Source: Candidatus Binatia bacterium (GTDB lineage: Bacteria > Desulfobacterota > Binatia > HRBIN30). From it: DNA of 64,000 nt. Numbering within the stretch: position 1 is the stretch's first letter; each line of letters starts with the position of its first letter. The notes beneath the pieces were generated by a model that saw only the letters and a list, made by a program, of their open reading frames with translations, was not told the DNA's origin and did not search any database. A program made the translations under genes and the position numbers. The stretch is from the NCBI GenBank assembly GCA_038245295.1, contig JBBRSP010000006.1, positions 174,021-238,020 of the forward strand, in the 5' to 3' direction. Positions 37,685-48,069 of the stretch are shown piece by piece.

Positions 37685-38950
37685 ATGATCACGACCCTTG
37701 GCTTGACCACCTTCCGCGACGATCGCCGGCCATTCGGTATCCGGCGCGAAGATCGACGGGCGCACATCTACGCGATCGGGCAAACTGGCACAGGAAAGTC
37801 GACACTCCTGGAGACGATGATTCTCCAAGACCTCGCCGTCGGCGAAGGGCTGGCCCTTCTCGATCCGCACGGTGACCTGGTTGAGCGTGTGGTTTTGCGC
37901 GCGCCAGAGAACCGCCGCGAAGACATCATCTACTTCGACGCACCCAACCCGACGCAGCCGTGGGGCTTCAACCCGCTTGCCAATGTCCCGGCAGGCAAAC
38001 GAGCGCTGGCGGCGTCAGCACTCCTCGGTGCGTTCAAAAAACAGTGGGCCGAGTCCTGGGGACCGCGAACAGAGCACCTGTTGCGGAACAGCTTGCTCGC
38101 TCTGCTCGATCAGCCCAATGCGACGCTGGCTGACGTCTTGCGCCTCCTCTCCGACGAAGACTACCGCCGTAACGCAATGGCGAATGTCCAAAGCAGGACG
38201 GTGCGGAACTTTTGGCTGCGTGAGTACCGCGACTACACGGCGCGGCTAAGGGCGGAAGCTATTGCCCCACTCCAGAATAAGATCGGAGCTTTTCTCGCCG
38301 ACCCGCTCCTCCACCGTATTCTCACCGAGCCCGAGCAACTGCTCGATCTCCGCGCCATCATGGACAAGGGCCAAGTGCTGTTGGTGAACCTCTCGAAGGG
38401 AAGGCTCGGCGAAGACACCGCCGCCCTCCTGGGATCGCTCTTGGTCGCAAGCCTTGGGGCAGCGGCGTTCGGTCGCGCGGAACAAGAACCCGATCAACGC
38501 CGCGATTTCTGGGTCTACCTCGATGAGTTCCACAATTTCACGACGCTCAGTCTCGCGACGATGCTCTCTGAGCTGCGGAAATTCCATGTCGGTTTTATTC
38601 TGGTACACCAGTACATCGCTCAGCTCGGCGATGAGGTACGGGCCGCGGTCTTCGGAAACGTGGGAACGATCTGTTGCTTTCGCGTCGGCGCCGATGATGC
38701 CGAAGCGTTGGCGCCGCAGTTCGCGCCAGTCGTTACGTCACACGATTTGGTTCGCGTGCCAAATCATCACATGTACGTGCGCCTAATGGTCGATGGAAAA
38801 CCGACTGAGCCATTCAGTGCAGAGGCAAGATTACCGACAGTATATAAGGGAGGTAGCGGTGCTCTCTTGCCCGTTTTTGCCGCTTCATCCACAGCAGACG
38901 TGCACGTTGTTGACGACGACAATGGGGCTTGCGCTGCGATCGACGCGTAA
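37685..38950 (+). CDS. TraD/VirD4-like type IV coupling-protein-family P-loop ATPase (second copy)
   Basis: Walker A IGQTGTGKST, T4CP-like LLDPHGDL and Walker B WVYLDEFHNF. Confidence 0.6.
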   Translation: MITTLGLTTFRDDRRPFGIRREDRRAHIYAIGQTGTGKSTLLETMILQDLAVGEGLALLDPHGDLVERVVLRAPENRREDIIYFDAPNPTQPWGFNPLANVPAGKRALAASALLGAFKKQWAESWGPRTEHLLRNSLLALLDQPNATLADVLRLLSDEDYRRNAMANVQSRTVRNFWLREYRDYTARLRAEAIAPLQNKIGAFLADPLLHRILTEPEQLLDLRAIMDKGQVLLVNLSKGRLGEDTAALLGSLLVASLGAAAFGRAEQEPDQRRDFWVYLDEFHNFTTLSLATMLSELRKFHVGFILVHQYIAQLGDEVRAAVFGNVGTICCFRVGADDAEALAPQFAPVVTSHDLVRVPNHHMYVRLMVDGKPTEPFSAEARLPTVYKGGSGALLPVFAASSTADVHVVDDDNGACAAIDA

Positions 38951-39166
38951 AGCTGCTTGGGACTCGAATATAAATGATTCTGGAGCACCCCGTCCAGACC
39001 CATTTGCGAGTGTCGTTTTTTTGACGAACCGACAAACCGGATCCGAGCCTCTCGCACCCGTCCGCACCCGTCTGAGAGTCATTGACTTTGAGGCAATTGC
39101 CGTGCAAACTGTCGGGTCCAAGATGCCCCAGAGCTGAAGTGATCGTCTCTACTGCAATGTGGCGAC

Positions 39167-42100
39167 TTGGGAAGGGGGTCACCAGTGGATCTCAGCAACC
39201 CGCCCGCATCGAGTTCCGCGGCCGTACGGTGGGCAGCACTTTTCCCACTGCGGGCTCTCATGGCTCTGATTCGGCGAGTGGTACGGCTAGCGGGGCGTCC
39301 CGTCTTACTCCTTCTGTTCAACGCTGCTTTCCTCCCCGATGTTGAATCAGCTGCAGCCAGTACGATAGCTGGCCAGATTCGCTATTTCGGAAGCGGACTG
39401 CCTGTCAGCGGTGTGACCTTGCAACTGCTTGGCTCAAATATAGCGTTCGTGCAGACCGACGGGAACGGCAAATACGCATTTACCAACGTGGGTCCCGGCG
39501 ACTGGCGTGTAGAGCCACAGAAATTTGGGGACGCACACGGCGCCCTGACGGCTCTAGATGCAGTTTGGGCGCTACAAGCTGTCGTCGGTCTTCGAACCAT
39601 TGACTCCTACAATCGAGTTGCTTGTGACACTGACGGAACCGGCTTTCTGAGCGCAGTCGATGCAGTGTTCATCCTTCAGTACAAGGTCGGCCTGATCAAT
39701 ATGTTGCCTTCGACTGAGACCTGTGGGTCGGAGTGGGCCTTTGACCCTGTGCCTTTTCCAGTCACCAATCAGCAGATCGACCGTCCGCAAGCAATGCCAG
39801 CGGGGTGCCGCCATGGCGACATTGCTTATCGCCCTCTGGTCGAGGACGTGGACAATCAAGATTTTCTTGCAATACTCGTAGGCGACTGCAACGGAAGCTG
39901 GCAAGGCGTTCCTGCCACGCCAACGCTAACGGTAAGTGCCTCGCCTTCTCCTACTCCTACGTTCGGTCCCGTATGTTTGACTTCCACCACCGTCGCGTTC
40001 TTTGACCCTATTCAAATGGGCGGGGACTCCATCAGTAGCAACCGTATTGAAGACGGCCTCGCTGCCGCCGCAAAGATAACACGCGGCGTCCTCATTCAAG
40101 GGTACTACGGACAACACACTGCGCCGCGCGAAGCTCGGCTGCGCGGGTTTGAGGTTGCGGCAAATGCCTCTCTGAATGGCACAGAAAATGATGCTACGGA
40201 GCTTGGGCTACTCGCCCAAGACACAAATACTGGAGTCGTCCAGTTTCCGATGGTAGGTGGATCAAACGCCATCACGGATCAACACCTTAGCGAATCATAT
40301 ATCGGAACCCAACTCGCAACGTTCCGCCGGTTAATTGCCGCAAATACATTGGTGGGCATGTCTGAACGCGCAAGCACAATGCTCGACACGACCCATCTTT
40401 CGTTCTTCGGTGCGACAGCTACTACGTCACCGGATGTTCTTGTTGCATCGATTCTTCCACAGATCTCGGGTGTAATAAGCCCTGTAGCTGGTCGGGATGC
40501 AGTTTTCAGCACCATTAACCAACTGCGACAGGCTTATCCGACAAAACCTCAGTACTATCTAGTCGGTTGGTCTACAACCGGCAGCTCTGTGACGGAACAA
40601 TCGTCCTTTGTACGGCTCGTGCTAGCAGCCCAGTCGGAACTCAAGAGCCAAGGTAATCTGGTTGATATTTGGTGGTACAACAACGAGGATGAACAGTGGC
40701 TGACCGCATACAGCAGGATTCTCGGTGGTTTCGGATTTGAATTTGAGAGCGATTTCTCGACGAAAGACCCATCTCTTTTTTCGAGCGCATGCTTACAAAC
40801 TGCTCCGTTCAGCCCCCCGACCGTTACGCCGATTATGTCACCCTTACGAACGACTACCCAGGCAGCGCCGCAGACAACGTCTGGCCCATCAACCTCGACA
40901 CCGATTCTGACTGCTACCGGCGTGTTTACACATAACATCATGGGGCCGACACCGTCAGCCACTCCCAGTCCTACCTCCATCCCCACACCGCCAGATCTCA
41001 CTTGGACTTCTCGGGGTGACGGATTGGCAGGCGGACAGGTTGAGACCAGTGTCATGTGGGGAGACAATCTCTACGCATTCGGGCTTGGTTCTCCAACCAG
41101 CCTTTATATCTTGAATACGGTCAGTAACGTTTGGCGCGAAGGGACTCCCACGCTCCAACAGGTGAACACCGGCAGCGCGGCAGCCTGGAATGGGGAGATT
41201 TTCGTTTTGTCGGGGTACGGCGAGCAACGCCTCCAGGTTTACACTGCAGCTACCGGACGTTGGCGCCTGGCCGCTCAACTGCCTGCCAGCCATCTTGGAT
41301 ACCCCGGGACGATGCTTATAGCCTTTGGTGCCAAGGTCTATGCGTTCGGAGGCATCCTTACGGATCAACTCAGCATCTACGATATCGCGACCGACAGTTG
41401 GAGTGCCGGGCACGCAATGCCGATGGCTCGCAGCTTGGCTGTCACCGCGGTGCTCCGCGACAAGCTGTACCTAGTTGGTGGTCAAACGTCCTTCGGGTTG
41501 TCTAGCCAAGTCGTCGTCTATGATCCTGCTTCGGAGGGCTACACCGTAGCGGATAACTCGACTGGAGATTGGACAACGCTCGACGGGCTTGTCGTCACCC
41601 GGCGCACTGCTTCGATAGGCGTAGTGGCAGACGATCAGATTTTTGTACTTGGTGGCCTCGAATTCTCTCAAGGGTTCGGGCAGGCGACTGCAATGGTCGA
41701 GTCTTATGATCCGAGCGCTCCTCCTTGGACTCGCTGGCGACGTCATGCTCCGTTACTCAGAAGCCGCGCTCATCTCGCAGGGGGTTCGATCGGGAACAAA
41801 CTCTATGTCGCGGCGGGACAGGATCTGGCGAGCGATATATCCTCCACAGAGGAAGGAACGCTCATTTACGTCCCGACCGCAACACCAACACCGCTCCCTT
41901 CTCAAACACCAACACCCACACCCACAGTCTTCTATTTAAATCTCATCGTAACGGATACGTATCTAGTAAATGTCGCGACTGGAAAACGAGTGGACAGTCC
42001 ACTCTTGGGACAACAGGTTCGCCCTTGCGTCGAATGGTTCGCCGAAGGGCCAAGTAGCTCGTCTATCGATCACGACGTCGCCACCTGGTATGATAGCGTG

Positions 42101-44164
42101 CCTAACGAAGTGCCCGCTGCTCGGGTATCGGATCAAGGTGGCAATTACAATAGCTATTGTCGAGGCGATGGGTTCGTCGTCACCGCGGGCTTCCACACCG
42201 CATCTGTCGATATCGACCCTCGCAACGAGGTTCCCGAACCCGCGGACCAAGACAATGTCGGCTCGATCAGTTGGTTGAGTTGGACCGGTCCGAGCCCGAC
42301 ACCGACGATACCGTTACCGGTGACGCCCTATAACCTTGTCGTGGATGAGGTTTGGGTAGAGGACCTCGCCGGAGCTCGAGTGAGTTCGCCCGGAGTCGGC
42401 GACACGATCCGGGTTGCTGCACGATGGCACGTGGAAGGATCGGGAGTGGCAAGCTTCACTATCCGAGCCTCCGTAAGTGGCCACATCCTCGATGACGTAA
42501 CCAACTACGTCGCGGCTGCAAACCAGTCTTTTACAATGAGAACATCGCTCACGCACGTGATTTTAACCGACGGACCAATCACTGCGAGTTGGGAGCTTGA
42601 TCCGCAGAACGCCCGCAATGAACCGAACGAAGACGACAATTCACGACAGTTTACCTGGATTGCACGGGACGATGGGCCTGCCGATATTGCTGTCGCCCGC
42701 GTGATCGTTAGCGATGCGGCATCACCTGACGCTAGCTTGAATACTTCCAACAGTCTAGGCCCAGAGGGACTACTAGCAGAGCGAGTCTCAGGTGACCTCT
42801 CGAACAGCTCCGCGGCATCTTCACCTGTTAGAGTTACGCCGCTCCTCAGTGACTCGGTGGTATTAGATACTGCCTTGACGGCGGTGCGACTGCCCCGAGG
42901 GGGGACAATCACACTGACAGCGTATCTGAGACCGACAGGCACACCTGAACTCAATTGCGGGACGCAAACGATTTCCACCGACCAAGTCACCACGGGAACC
43001 GTGTATTTGAGCGTCGTCTGTGACACAACCTTTGCAAATCCAAATGTCTCCTACCTCCCATTGGTCAAAGCGACCGTTTCCAACTTCACCGACATCGACC
43101 CAACGAACAACGAGACGGCTGGAGATAAACTCATAACACCCCAGTCGCGACCAGGAGGAAACGTACGATTCAGCTCCTCGTTCCTGCCTCTAAAAGATGT
43201 CACGCTCTATACGTTGGCTGGCGTGCAGATTGGCGGTCCGCGCACGGCGCTTGCCGACGGTCGAGTGTTTACTACGATCGATAATGGCAGTTATCTTGTT
43301 GGCGTCACAACAATGATCGGTACCCCACTGTATGACAACTCCGCGACTGGGAGTCCAGCATATTTTCTTGATGTCGCGCCAACGGGCAACACTGCAGTCT
43401 CGTTCGACGACGCTACCCCGCAAAGTTGTCCACTCGGGAGGTGCGCCAAACTGACCGTGGGAGGTGAAGCCACGGTCATAAGCGGCCTCGAAGGTATGAA
43501 GCGTCGCGTCTTATGGGAAGCGGCCTATGCCATGAACGGATGCCAAAACAACGGTGGAAACCCGAGAACGGGTTGCGTCACTGCGACAACGCCGTACAAG
43601 GACAACATCGTCGGCAACACAACATATGCGACGTTTTCTTATCTTGCAAGCGATGAGACCGCCGCGAAGGCTGCTTTTTCTGATGACGCATTGCACGGAA
43701 CATGTTACAATCATAGCTATCCGCCCATCTCTACATATGACTGTTCAGTCCAACACGATCCCGTGACCGAAGTGCTTCAATATTCTAGGCATCCAGGACG
43801 AGATTCGGAGGGGGTCTACTCACGTGGTGGTCAGTGTAAAAAATTTGTCGCGCTGGTTCTATATCGGAGCGGGATTCGCCATACAGTAGCCGGATCGTTC
43901 AGTCGTCTACCTGAGGATGCAAAGATTAGTAACGATCTCGTGATGTTTCCTGTTGTTGCTATCCCACATCCAGGAGATATCTTACGCCGCCCGAATGGGC
44001 ACGCCTTGATTGTTGCGGCATCTATTGCGGGGTTGGGCCTGATAGCCGTCGATTCAAATTATTCCGGGGGCGATGGCCACGAACGCATCGCCGTTCATTT
44101 AATGGGGCCCGCGAGCTTGGTCGAATATCACAACTTGAACTGCGTATACACAGGAGCATGCTGA
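39167..44164 (+). CDS. Giant secreted protein (1665 aa): carboxypeptidase-regulatory-like domain, dockerin-like repeats, Kelch beta-propeller repeats, PT linkers, C-terminal CHAP-like amidase/peptidase domain
   Basis: GQIRYFGSGLPVSGVTLQLLG...DGNGKYAF at the N-terminus. A DTDGTGFLSAVDAVFILQY dockerin-like motif. Repeated ...LYxxGG... Kelch motifs. C-terminal GGQCKKFV...PGDIL...NGHALIV is CHAP-like. Confidence 0.5.
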   Translation: MGRGSPVDLSNPPASSSAAVRWAALFPLRALMALIRRVVRLAGRPVLLLLFNAAFLPDVESAAASTIAGQIRYFGSGLPVSGVTLQLLGSNIAFVQTDGNGKYAFTNVGPGDWRVEPQKFGDAHGALTALDAVWALQAVVGLRTIDSYNRVACDTDGTGFLSAVDAVFILQYKVGLINMLPSTETCGSEWAFDPVPFPVTNQQIDRPQAMPAGCRHGDIAYRPLVEDVDNQDFLAILVGDCNGSWQGVPATPTLTVSASPSPTPTFGPVCLTSTTVAFFDPIQMGGDSISSNRIEDGLAAAAKITRGVLIQGYYGQHTAPREARLRGFEVAANASLNGTENDATELGLLAQDTNTGVVQFPMVGGSNAITDQHLSESYIGTQLATFRRLIAANTLVGMSERASTMLDTTHLSFFGATATTSPDVLVASILPQISGVISPVAGRDAVFSTINQLRQAYPTKPQYYLVGWSTTGSSVTEQSSFVRLVLAAQSELKSQGNLVDIWWYNNEDEQWLTAYSRILGGFGFEFESDFSTKDPSLFSSACLQTAPFSPPTVTPIMSPLRTTTQAAPQTTSGPSTSTPILTATGVFTHNIMGPTPSATPSPTSIPTPPDLTWTSRGDGLAGGQVETSVMWGDNLYAFGLGSPTSLYILNTVSNVWREGTPTLQQVNTGSAAAWNGEIFVLSGYGEQRLQVYTAATGRWRLAAQLPASHLGYPGTMLIAFGAKVYAFGGILTDQLSIYDIATDSWSAGHAMPMARSLAVTAVLRDKLYLVGGQTSFGLSSQVVVYDPASEGYTVADNSTGDWTTLDGLVVTRRTASIGVVADDQIFVLGGLEFSQGFGQATAMVESYDPSAPPWTRWRRHAPLLRSRAHLAGGSIGNKLYVAAGQDLASDISSTEEGTLIYVPTATPTPLPSQTPTPTPTVFYLNLIVTDTYLVNVATGKRVDSPLLGQQVRPCVEWFAEGPSSSSIDHDVATWYDSVPNEVPAARVSDQGGNYNSYCRGDGFVVTAGFHTASVDIDPRNEVPEPADQDNVGSISWLSWTGPSPTPTIPLPVTPYNLVVDEVWVEDLAGARVSSPGVGDTIRVAARWHVEGSGVASFTIRASVSGHILDDVTNYVAAANQSFTMRTSLTHVILTDGPITASWELDPQNARNEPNEDDNSRQFTWIARDDGPADIAVARVIVSDAASPDASLNTSNSLGPEGLLAERVSGDLSNSSAASSPVRVTPLLSDSVVLDTALTAVRLPRGGTITLTAYLRPTGTPELNCGTQTISTDQVTTGTVYLSVVCDTTFANPNVSYLPLVKATVSNFTDIDPTNNETAGDKLITPQSRPGGNVRFSSSFLPLKDVTLYTLAGVQIGGPRTALADGRVFTTIDNGSYLVGVTTMIGTPLYDNSATGSPAYFLDVAPTGNTAVSFDDATPQSCPLGRCAKLTVGGEATVISGLEGMKRRVLWEAAYAMNGCQNNGGNPRTGCVTATTPYKDNIVGNTTYATFSYLASDETAAKAAFSDDALHGTCYNHSYPPISTYDCSVQHDPVTEVLQYSRHPGRDSEGVYSRGGQCKKFVALVLYRSGIRHTVAGSFSRLPEDAKISNDLVMFPVVAIPHPGDILRRPNGHALIVAASIAGLGLIAVDSNYSGGDGHERIAVHLMGPASLVEYHNLNCVYTGAC

Positions 44165-44242
44165 TCAGTAGTCTGGTGGCGGTTCACATCGGGTATATTA
44201 CTCACCGTAGATATCGGAGGTTAAACTATAAGCGTGTAGTGT

Positions 44243-45040
44243 ATGGAGCATTCATGTGTGTTACGCGCGCTGTCGCTGCGCTCGAGTGTTGTCGTATTCG
44301 TAGTCGGCGTCGCTATCGGCGTTGTGGCCGTCAGGGCGGAGGCGCTGTTGACATTTGGCTCCAGGGATTCCGGCTCGATGTCTGCTGTCACCGTTCCGGT
44401 TGCTCCTGACCTGAGCCCGGAATATTTCTCAACGACGGTCGTCCCGCACACTCAAGTAGAGTTTGCTCGTGAAAAGCTGCCCGCGGGAATTGAGTGGGCA
44501 ATAACAGATGACGCGGATGTGAGGCATGGCGACACGACGGAGGGCATGACTCTGGTTGGAGCGATACGGATGAAAGTAGCTGGTGCGGACTTGAGGGACC
44601 TCGTCAACAGAGCCATCGATCCTGGAAAGCAAGACTACGACCCAAACTTATTGTATTCGTTTTGTACACTTGGGCCCAGGGTGATTACCGTGATGCAACC
44701 AAAGGCGGGATCGATAGGCTTGGAGGACTATTTGAGGAGAGAACGCGATGCGTCAAGCAGCGACTTCGAGAATGCTGCCGATAGCGGCATGATGACATCC
44801 ATAAACGGGAAGGATGTGTTGTTCTATCGGAGCGGAGACGAATCGGGCAATGAATTGTTGATCGCCTTGATGAATATTGGCTCATCCATCGTTAAAGTGA
44901 TTCAAACCAAAGGCGATTGCGAGCGAGTGAAGGAATTTGACCGAGTCCCGCTGTCAATAACGCGCAACCTGTCACGTGTCTCGGATTATGCATTTTATCG
45001 CGTCGTTAAGTCTATTGCATTTCTCAACGTTGTCAAATGA
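44243..45040 (+). CDS. Hypothetical secreted protein, lower GC
   Basis: N-terminal hydrophobic segment. ORF only. Confidence 0.3.
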   Translation: MEHSCVLRALSLRSSVVVFVVGVAIGVVAVRAEALLTFGSRDSGSMSAVTVPVAPDLSPEYFSTTVVPHTQVEFAREKLPAGIEWAITDDADVRHGDTTEGMTLVGAIRMKVAGADLRDLVNRAIDPGKQDYDPNLLYSFCTLGPRVITVMQPKAGSIGLEDYLRRERDASSSDFENAADSGMMTSINGKDVLFYRSGDESGNELLIALMNIGSSIVKVIQTKGDCERVKEFDRVPLSITRNLSRVSDYAFYRVVKSIAFLNVVK

Positions 45041-45168
45041 ATGATTATGTGTCGTCTGGCGAGCTGTGAAGGCAGTGTCCCCGGTTCGGAGCATTTGCGA
45101 TATTTACGATATATGTCTCTCGGTACGACGGAGCCCGTCAATGAAAGTGAGACACTCCCGTTCATAAT

Positions 45169-46290
45169 TTAGTGTATCGCCGCCTCTGGCGGCGATTGGT
45201 GTTTCAGCCGCGCGCTGGCGCGATTTGAAGCAGCGCCGTCGACCTCAACTGAAGGCGGATCGGTGCTCACGGGGCTTCCCAGAGCGCCGCCTTTGTCGGC
45301 AGCGCCGCCTTGGATCGCGGTTGGTGGGTTGATGTACACCGCGGTCGGCAATGTTGGTGACAGGGGTTTGTGTCCTTTAAAGCGTTGCGGGTTTCGCTCA
45401 AAAGCTTGGTCGAGTGCAACCGTTCGGATGGCGATGAGCCGTTGCGCATCGTCGTAGTGCACGACCTGCGGCGTCAGAAAGCCGAGACCGCTGTGATGGT
45501 GTTTGGTGTTGTACCAGGAAAAAAATTCACGCCCGAAAGCCATGGCCTGCTGGTTGGTAGCAAAGCGGTCGGGAAACTCGGGCCGGTACTTGGTGGTTTT
45601 GAACAACGCTTCGCTGAACGGGTTGTCGTTGCTGGTGTAAGGGCGACTGTGGGTCTTGGTGATGCCCAGATCCCCCATCATCTGCGCCACGCCCTTGGAT
45701 GTCATGCTCGGGCCGCGGTCGCTGTGCACAGTGAGCTGCCCGGGCTCGACGCCTTGCTTGTGAGCGCTCTCGGAGATCAGGCGCTGCGCCAGTGCCGAGC
45801 ATTCGCGCTCGGCCACCAACCAGCCGACCACGTAGCGGCTGAAGATGTCCATGAGCACGTAGAGATAGAAGTAGCTCCACTTGGCCGGCCCCATCAGCTT
45901 GGTGATGTCCCACGACCACACCTGATTGGGTGCGGTAGCAATCAGCTCGGGCTTGGCCACCGGCGGATGCGTCAGTTGGCGGCGGCGTTCGCGAACTTCC
46001 TGGTGGCGAGCGAGCAGGCGATACATCGTGCGCGCCGAACACAGATATTGCCCTTCATCGAGCAACGTGGCGTGAATCTCCGCCGGTGCGTCGTTCACGA
46101 AGCGCTCGCAGTGCAGGATGTCGAGTATAACTTGTTCCTCGCTCCTGCTGAGCGCCAACGGTGGGCGCGGTCGCAGCGCTGGTGGGAGCTTGGGCTGGTT
46201 TCGACGATAGAACGTCGGACGTGCCACGCCCAGGGCGGTGCACGCCGGACGCACCCCGACCCGATTGGCCAGATCAATGGTGGCTATCAT
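45169..46290 (-). CDS. IS3-family transposase OrfB (DDE)
   Basis: HSDRGPSMTSKG...HSRPYTSNDNPFSEALFKTTKYRPEF. Confidence 0.8.
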   Translation of the reverse strand: MIATIDLANRVGVRPACTALGVARPTFYRRNQPKLPPALRPRPPLALSRSEEQVILDILHCERFVNDAPAEIHATLLDEGQYLCSARTMYRLLARHQEVRERRRQLTHPPVAKPELIATAPNQVWSWDITKLMGPAKWSYFYLYVLMDIFSRYVVGWLVAERECSALAQRLISESAHKQGVEPGQLTVHSDRGPSMTSKGVAQMMGDLGITKTHSRPYTSNDNPFSEALFKTTKYRPEFPDRFATNQQAMAFGREFFSWYNTKHHHSGLGFLTPQVVHYDDAQRLIAIRTVALDQAFERNPQRFKGHKPLSPTLPTAVYINPPTAIQGGAADKGGALGSPVSTDPPSVEVDGAASNRASARLKHQSPPEAAIH

Positions 46291-46760
46291 GAGGCGCTCC
46301 CGTCGCTCGGGTCCGTTGCCAGGAGCGCCGCCACTTTTTTTTGGACGTCGATGATGATCTCGGCTTTCTCCAGCTTGGCCTGGAGACGCGCGTTCTCACG
46401 TTCGAGTTGGGCGACGCGAGCGGCAAGCGGATTGGCAGTGGGCTTGCGGCCACGCCGTTTGGGCTCAAGGCTCTGCGCTTGTTGCTCGCGCCAGTTGGAC
46501 AGGTGCGAGGAGTACAAGCCCTCGCGGCGCAACAGCGCTCCGATCGCTCCCGGTGACGTGCAGCGCTCTGCTTCACGCACGATGCGAAGTTTGTAGTCGG
46601 CGCTGAATCGCCGGCGTGCCGCTTTGGCGCTGCTCACCTCCGGGTCCCGTCGCGCCGCCGCAGCAGGAGCTGACTGCGCTCCGGTCGCTATCGCTCCCTT
46701 CGCTCCGTCAGCCCCTGCTGCGGCCCCGTTGGTAGGTCTCCCGTCCGTACTGCCATGCAT
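46287..46760 (-). CDS. IS3-family transposase OrfA (HTH/leucine-zipper)
   Basis: ADYKLRIVREAE...LEKAEIIIDVQKKVAALL. A -1 frameshift site A AAA AAG lies upstream of its stop. Confidence 0.75.
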   Translation of the reverse strand: MHGSTDGRPTNGAAAGADGAKGAIATGAQSAPAAAARRDPEVSSAKAARRRFSADYKLRIVREAERCTSPGAIGALLRREGLYSSHLSNWREQQAQSLEPKRRGRKPTANPLAARVAQLERENARLQAKLEKAEIIIDVQKKVAALLATDPSDGSAS

Positions 46761-46953
46761 TTGCTTGATTCGATTCTCCGCCCTCTACAGTAATTTCCCC
46801 AAGGGGAAATGTCTCACTGTCATTGGCAGAGAGGGCGATCTTCTCGCGAGCTCCTTTGACATCAGCGCCAAACGGCGTCGCTTCGAGGACCCGCCGCACG
46901 GTGATTGATTTCGGCCGAAGGAAGCCGGAAGACGGATCCCTAGATGCGTTGGG

Positions 46954-48069
46954 TTGCTGCCGCCGAGCAAGACGGTCATGCTAAGATCAGTGATGAGCAA
47001 GACAGACGATCGGTTCCTCCAACAAGCCCCCAGTTTCATCGATCAGGCCCTCGCGGCTCTCGGCGTAGGAGCCATGGTCGACCTGCCGCCCATCGACAAC
47101 TTGCCAAGTCCCGTCAACCCAGTCTGTGTTCGCGACCTTCTGCAGGTGTCCGATGAAGAGAAGGCTGATCTTGCAAGGATGTTCTATGGCAGACAAGGCG
47201 TGGCGGCGTTCAGCTTGGCGAAACCCAGTTATGCTCGCAAGCACCCCCTGATAGAACTCGCTAGTCAGCTATCGGATGCGTTGCCGCTAATGTATCCAAT
47301 CGCTCATCCTGGTGAGTCGGATAGAGGAGCTCTGACGCATTTTGGCAGCCCCGATGGCACCCTGAAAGTCTTTCAGCGATCCGATCAAAAAACCTCGCTT
47401 CAGTCCGAAGAGTTGCACTTGCACCAGGATGGAGTCGGATTGGCGGGTGCTGTGGTAGCGGTCGGCCTGTATTGTGAAAGTGGGCCGCTTTGGGGTGGGC
47501 TGACGTGCTTTCAAAATGCGTTGCGTCTGGTCGTCGAACTCGCGCGGATCGATCTATCGGCCTTTGCATCCCTCTTTCTTCCCAGTGCGCTGACGATCCT
47601 TAGAACGGGAGGTAGGGCTCTTCAGGTCACAGGCCCCGTGCTTTACTTGAACACGATGGGGCAGCCGCAGTTATTCCTGAGAGCCGAAGGTGGAGAGTAC
47701 GAGATGCGCTGGTTAAGCGACCCTGCAATATCACGGGCGAGGGACTTTCTGAGATATTATCTGCGACCTTTGGCGCCTTCATCTAACTTTGTGCAGCTAT
47801 CAGTGGAGGGCCAAGGCTGCTTTATTCGCAATGCGGTGGTACTGCATGGACGAACTCGGTTCGTGGAGGGCGATTCGCGAAAACGCATTTTGGCGAGAAA
47901 GTGGTTTGCGCTCACGGCGGCTGAAGCATTGATGAAGCAGGTTCCTGGTCTGCGAATCCTTGACGCGTATGCGGTCTTACGCCCCGATCTCTTCGGGAAG
48001 GAGGTCTTGAGCGGCCACTGGAGATACGATGAAGCCGCCTTAGCGAACGTGGCACAAAAGTCCGAGTGA
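46954..48069 (+). CDS. Hypothetical protein (371 aa), low GC, coupled to the downstream SIR2 gene. Possible cupin/2OG-oxygenase-like HxD...H, which is weak.
   Basis: HLHQDG and VVLHGRTRF motifs. Its stop overlaps the SIR2 GTG start (GTGA). Confidence 0.3.
   Translation: MLPPSKTVMLRSVMSKTDDRFLQQAPSFIDQALAALGVGAMVDLPPIDNLPSPVNPVCVRDLLQVSDEEKADLARMFYGRQGVAAFSLAKPSYARKHPLIELASQLSDALPLMYPIAHPGESDRGALTHFGSPDGTLKVFQRSDQKTSLQSEELHLHQDGVGLAGAVVAVGLYCESGPLWGGLTCFQNALRLVVELARIDLSAFASLFLPSALTILRTGGRALQVTGPVLYLNTMGQPQLFLRAEGGEYEMRWLSDPAISRARDFLRYYLRPLAPSSNFVQLSVEGQGCFIRNAVVLHGRTRFVEGDSRKRILARKWFALTAAEALMKQVPGLRILDAYAVLRPDLFGKEVLSGHWRYDEAALANVAQKSE

Larger units (their letters stand above)
45142..46822 (-). 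mobile_element. IS3-family insertion sequence with terminal inverted repeats
   Basis: Left IR TGAAAGTGAGACACTCCC versus the right-end complement TGACAGTGAGACATTTCCCC. Contains OrfA and OrfB, with an A8 slippery run at 46335-46342. Confidence 0.7.

Noticed and set aside
45263-46596. Plus-strand 408-aa ORF spanning the IS3
   Set aside because: It is antisense to well-supported IS3 OrfA/OrfB transposase genes.
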